From NCBI RefSeq assembly GCF_032062105.1, contig NW_026929448.1, positions 248,001-312,000 of the forward strand: 64,000 nt of DNA. The letters are read 5' to 3'. This DNA is from Saccostrea cucullata (lineage: Eukaryota). This document shows, one piece after another, positions 62,279 to 64,000 of this stretch. The stretch's first letter is position 1; each line of letters starts with the position of its first letter. Position numbers and translations under genes: made by a program. Under the pieces are notes generated by a model that saw only the letters and a program-made list of their open reading frames with translations, was not told where the DNA came from and did not search any database.

Positions 62279-64000
62279 TATTACAGCTCGCGGGTATGTT
62301 AAGGCAGCACATGGACCAGGATTAAGACTTTTTTATAATTAGGTTACACTAATAAATCGGAAAAGTCAAGCATAAAACTTTTGTTATAATTATGCATTCT
62401 ATAGACTTCAATGGGACTTATACTACATGAAGCACTTCACCATGACGTCACGACGTGACGTCTATAATTAGAAAATATGCCTTAATGAAAAAGTGAAAAG
62501 TTCAACACTACCCCGGGGATAATTAATTTCAATTTGTAATAATAATTATGTAAAAACATCTCAGTATCATGAAAAGTGCTGCTAGAATCCTACTGTCCTA
62601 TCACAGAAATAATTATTCAACACTTTCTGACGAAACCTTTCCAAAATTTTTACATTTTGTTCATAACATCGAAAAAATGCATTAATTCCCGTAAACCATA
62701 CGATTCTAGCAGCACTGTTCAAATACAATAGAATAAGAACTTTAGATAGAAACAAAAATTAAGTTTCAAAGTGTGCGGCTTAGTGTTGAACTTTTGAATC
62801 TTATTTGTTACGAACGACAGAGGAAAGGCTGATCGGCAAGTAAACACCCTTCCTGCTTTAATTTTACGAAGAAATTGTTGAAGTATATTACCATACCTTA
62901 TTCATACGCTTTAATCCCACATGAATCACACATGATATTCATTCTAAATGCTTTTAAACTCCGATTTCCTGTGTTTGTTTACATTAATTCTCGTTACGTT
63001 TCACTTTCACTCTGCTACTGCATGATCAACAGTTATGACGTCACGGGTTTGGTATTTAACCCCTGTGATAACTACAGAGACCCAGAAACGACAAAATTCT
63101 GTTTGTATAATGCCTCTGCATATTTTGATTAATTTTTACGACCTCAAATCAATCTTAGATATCGATTATAAGAAATTGTTATCTCTAAACTTCACGTCAT
63201 ATAGCTTACTATGACGTCATATCATATAGGCAAGTAGAATATTTGGTTGTAACCTTAACCTACCTGCGCTGTGGTTTATATTGACTCTGTAACAAGTGGG
63301 GGAAATCCTACTCTGAGAAAGACAAAGGGGGAAATTTGGCACTGGTGTGAGATTTTCCCTAAGGGGGAAATTCTACTCTAGAGTACGATTTCCGGGGGGA
63401 AAGCAGGCTATGGGGGAAATCCTACTCTATAACACTGGTATATAGTATAAATGCATATTTTCTTTGTTCCTCTGATCTGCATCTGAGTATTAAGTTATCA
63501 AGTCAACAAGCTAAGTGTATATTTATGATTAACAATGATGCCTCTTTCAAAGTTGTGAATTTCATAAGTTTAAAACACGAACCAAATTTAATAGTTAGAG
63601 GTTGTTGCATAATACCTTGGTGACCTATAAGGCCCGCAGGCCTTTTGTTTTTCGATATAATGGATGTTTATGAAAAACATTTTTACATGTCATAAAAGTA
63701 TAAAGACCTCAAAATTTAAAATTGAAAACTAAAACACAACAAAACAAAAAAAGAGAATATATTGGTTTCTCTTATTTTTCAACCCCATTCAACAAGTTTA
63801 GAACATACAGAATAAATGTAATATGATAAAACTGCAATATTTTTGATGATTCATCAAATATTAAAATTCGTGATTCAGATCAATAGTAATAGTAAATGAT
63901 TACAATTAATCATTTCTATAACTGGTTTACGAGTCTTCTAGAAATTATAACAAATAACGCCAAGTTAATTAATTGGTTCTCAGGTTTTTTTCCTCCCTAG

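Overview
AT-rich, intron-containing eukaryotic DNA. The repeat content (Helentron/HINE-type elements with ~166-bp satellite arrays) and the gene types point to a bivalve, probably an oyster (inference). Contents in order: (1) the last two exons of a flavin-containing monooxygenase (FMO) gene on + (1-2064) with signs of decay; (2) an 8-exon minus-strand gene (28325 to 7593) that splices in frame to about 1394 aa, with the order NHL beta-propeller, B-box, unassigned domain, Roc GTPase, COR, DZIP3-type HEPN; (3) an 18-kb nest of transposons (36483-54536), in which a minus-strand Ty3/Gypsy element (133-bp LTRs, TSD AACAC) carries a 4.7-kb TIR element with a 5-bp TSD and a second, plus-strand 8.7-kb Gypsy; (4) a 5'-truncated L1/Tx1-type LINE (about 58150-60085); (5) many MITEs, HINEs and a SINE, including a multi-level nest in the 9-kb Roco intron. 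The inner Gypsy has a PHD finger on its integrase and an extra TatD-nuclease-like ORF in the env position. The best novelty candidates are the NHL/B-box-Roc-COR-HEPN gene and the PHD+TatD Gypsy. No searches were run; family assignments rest on motifs read by eye.
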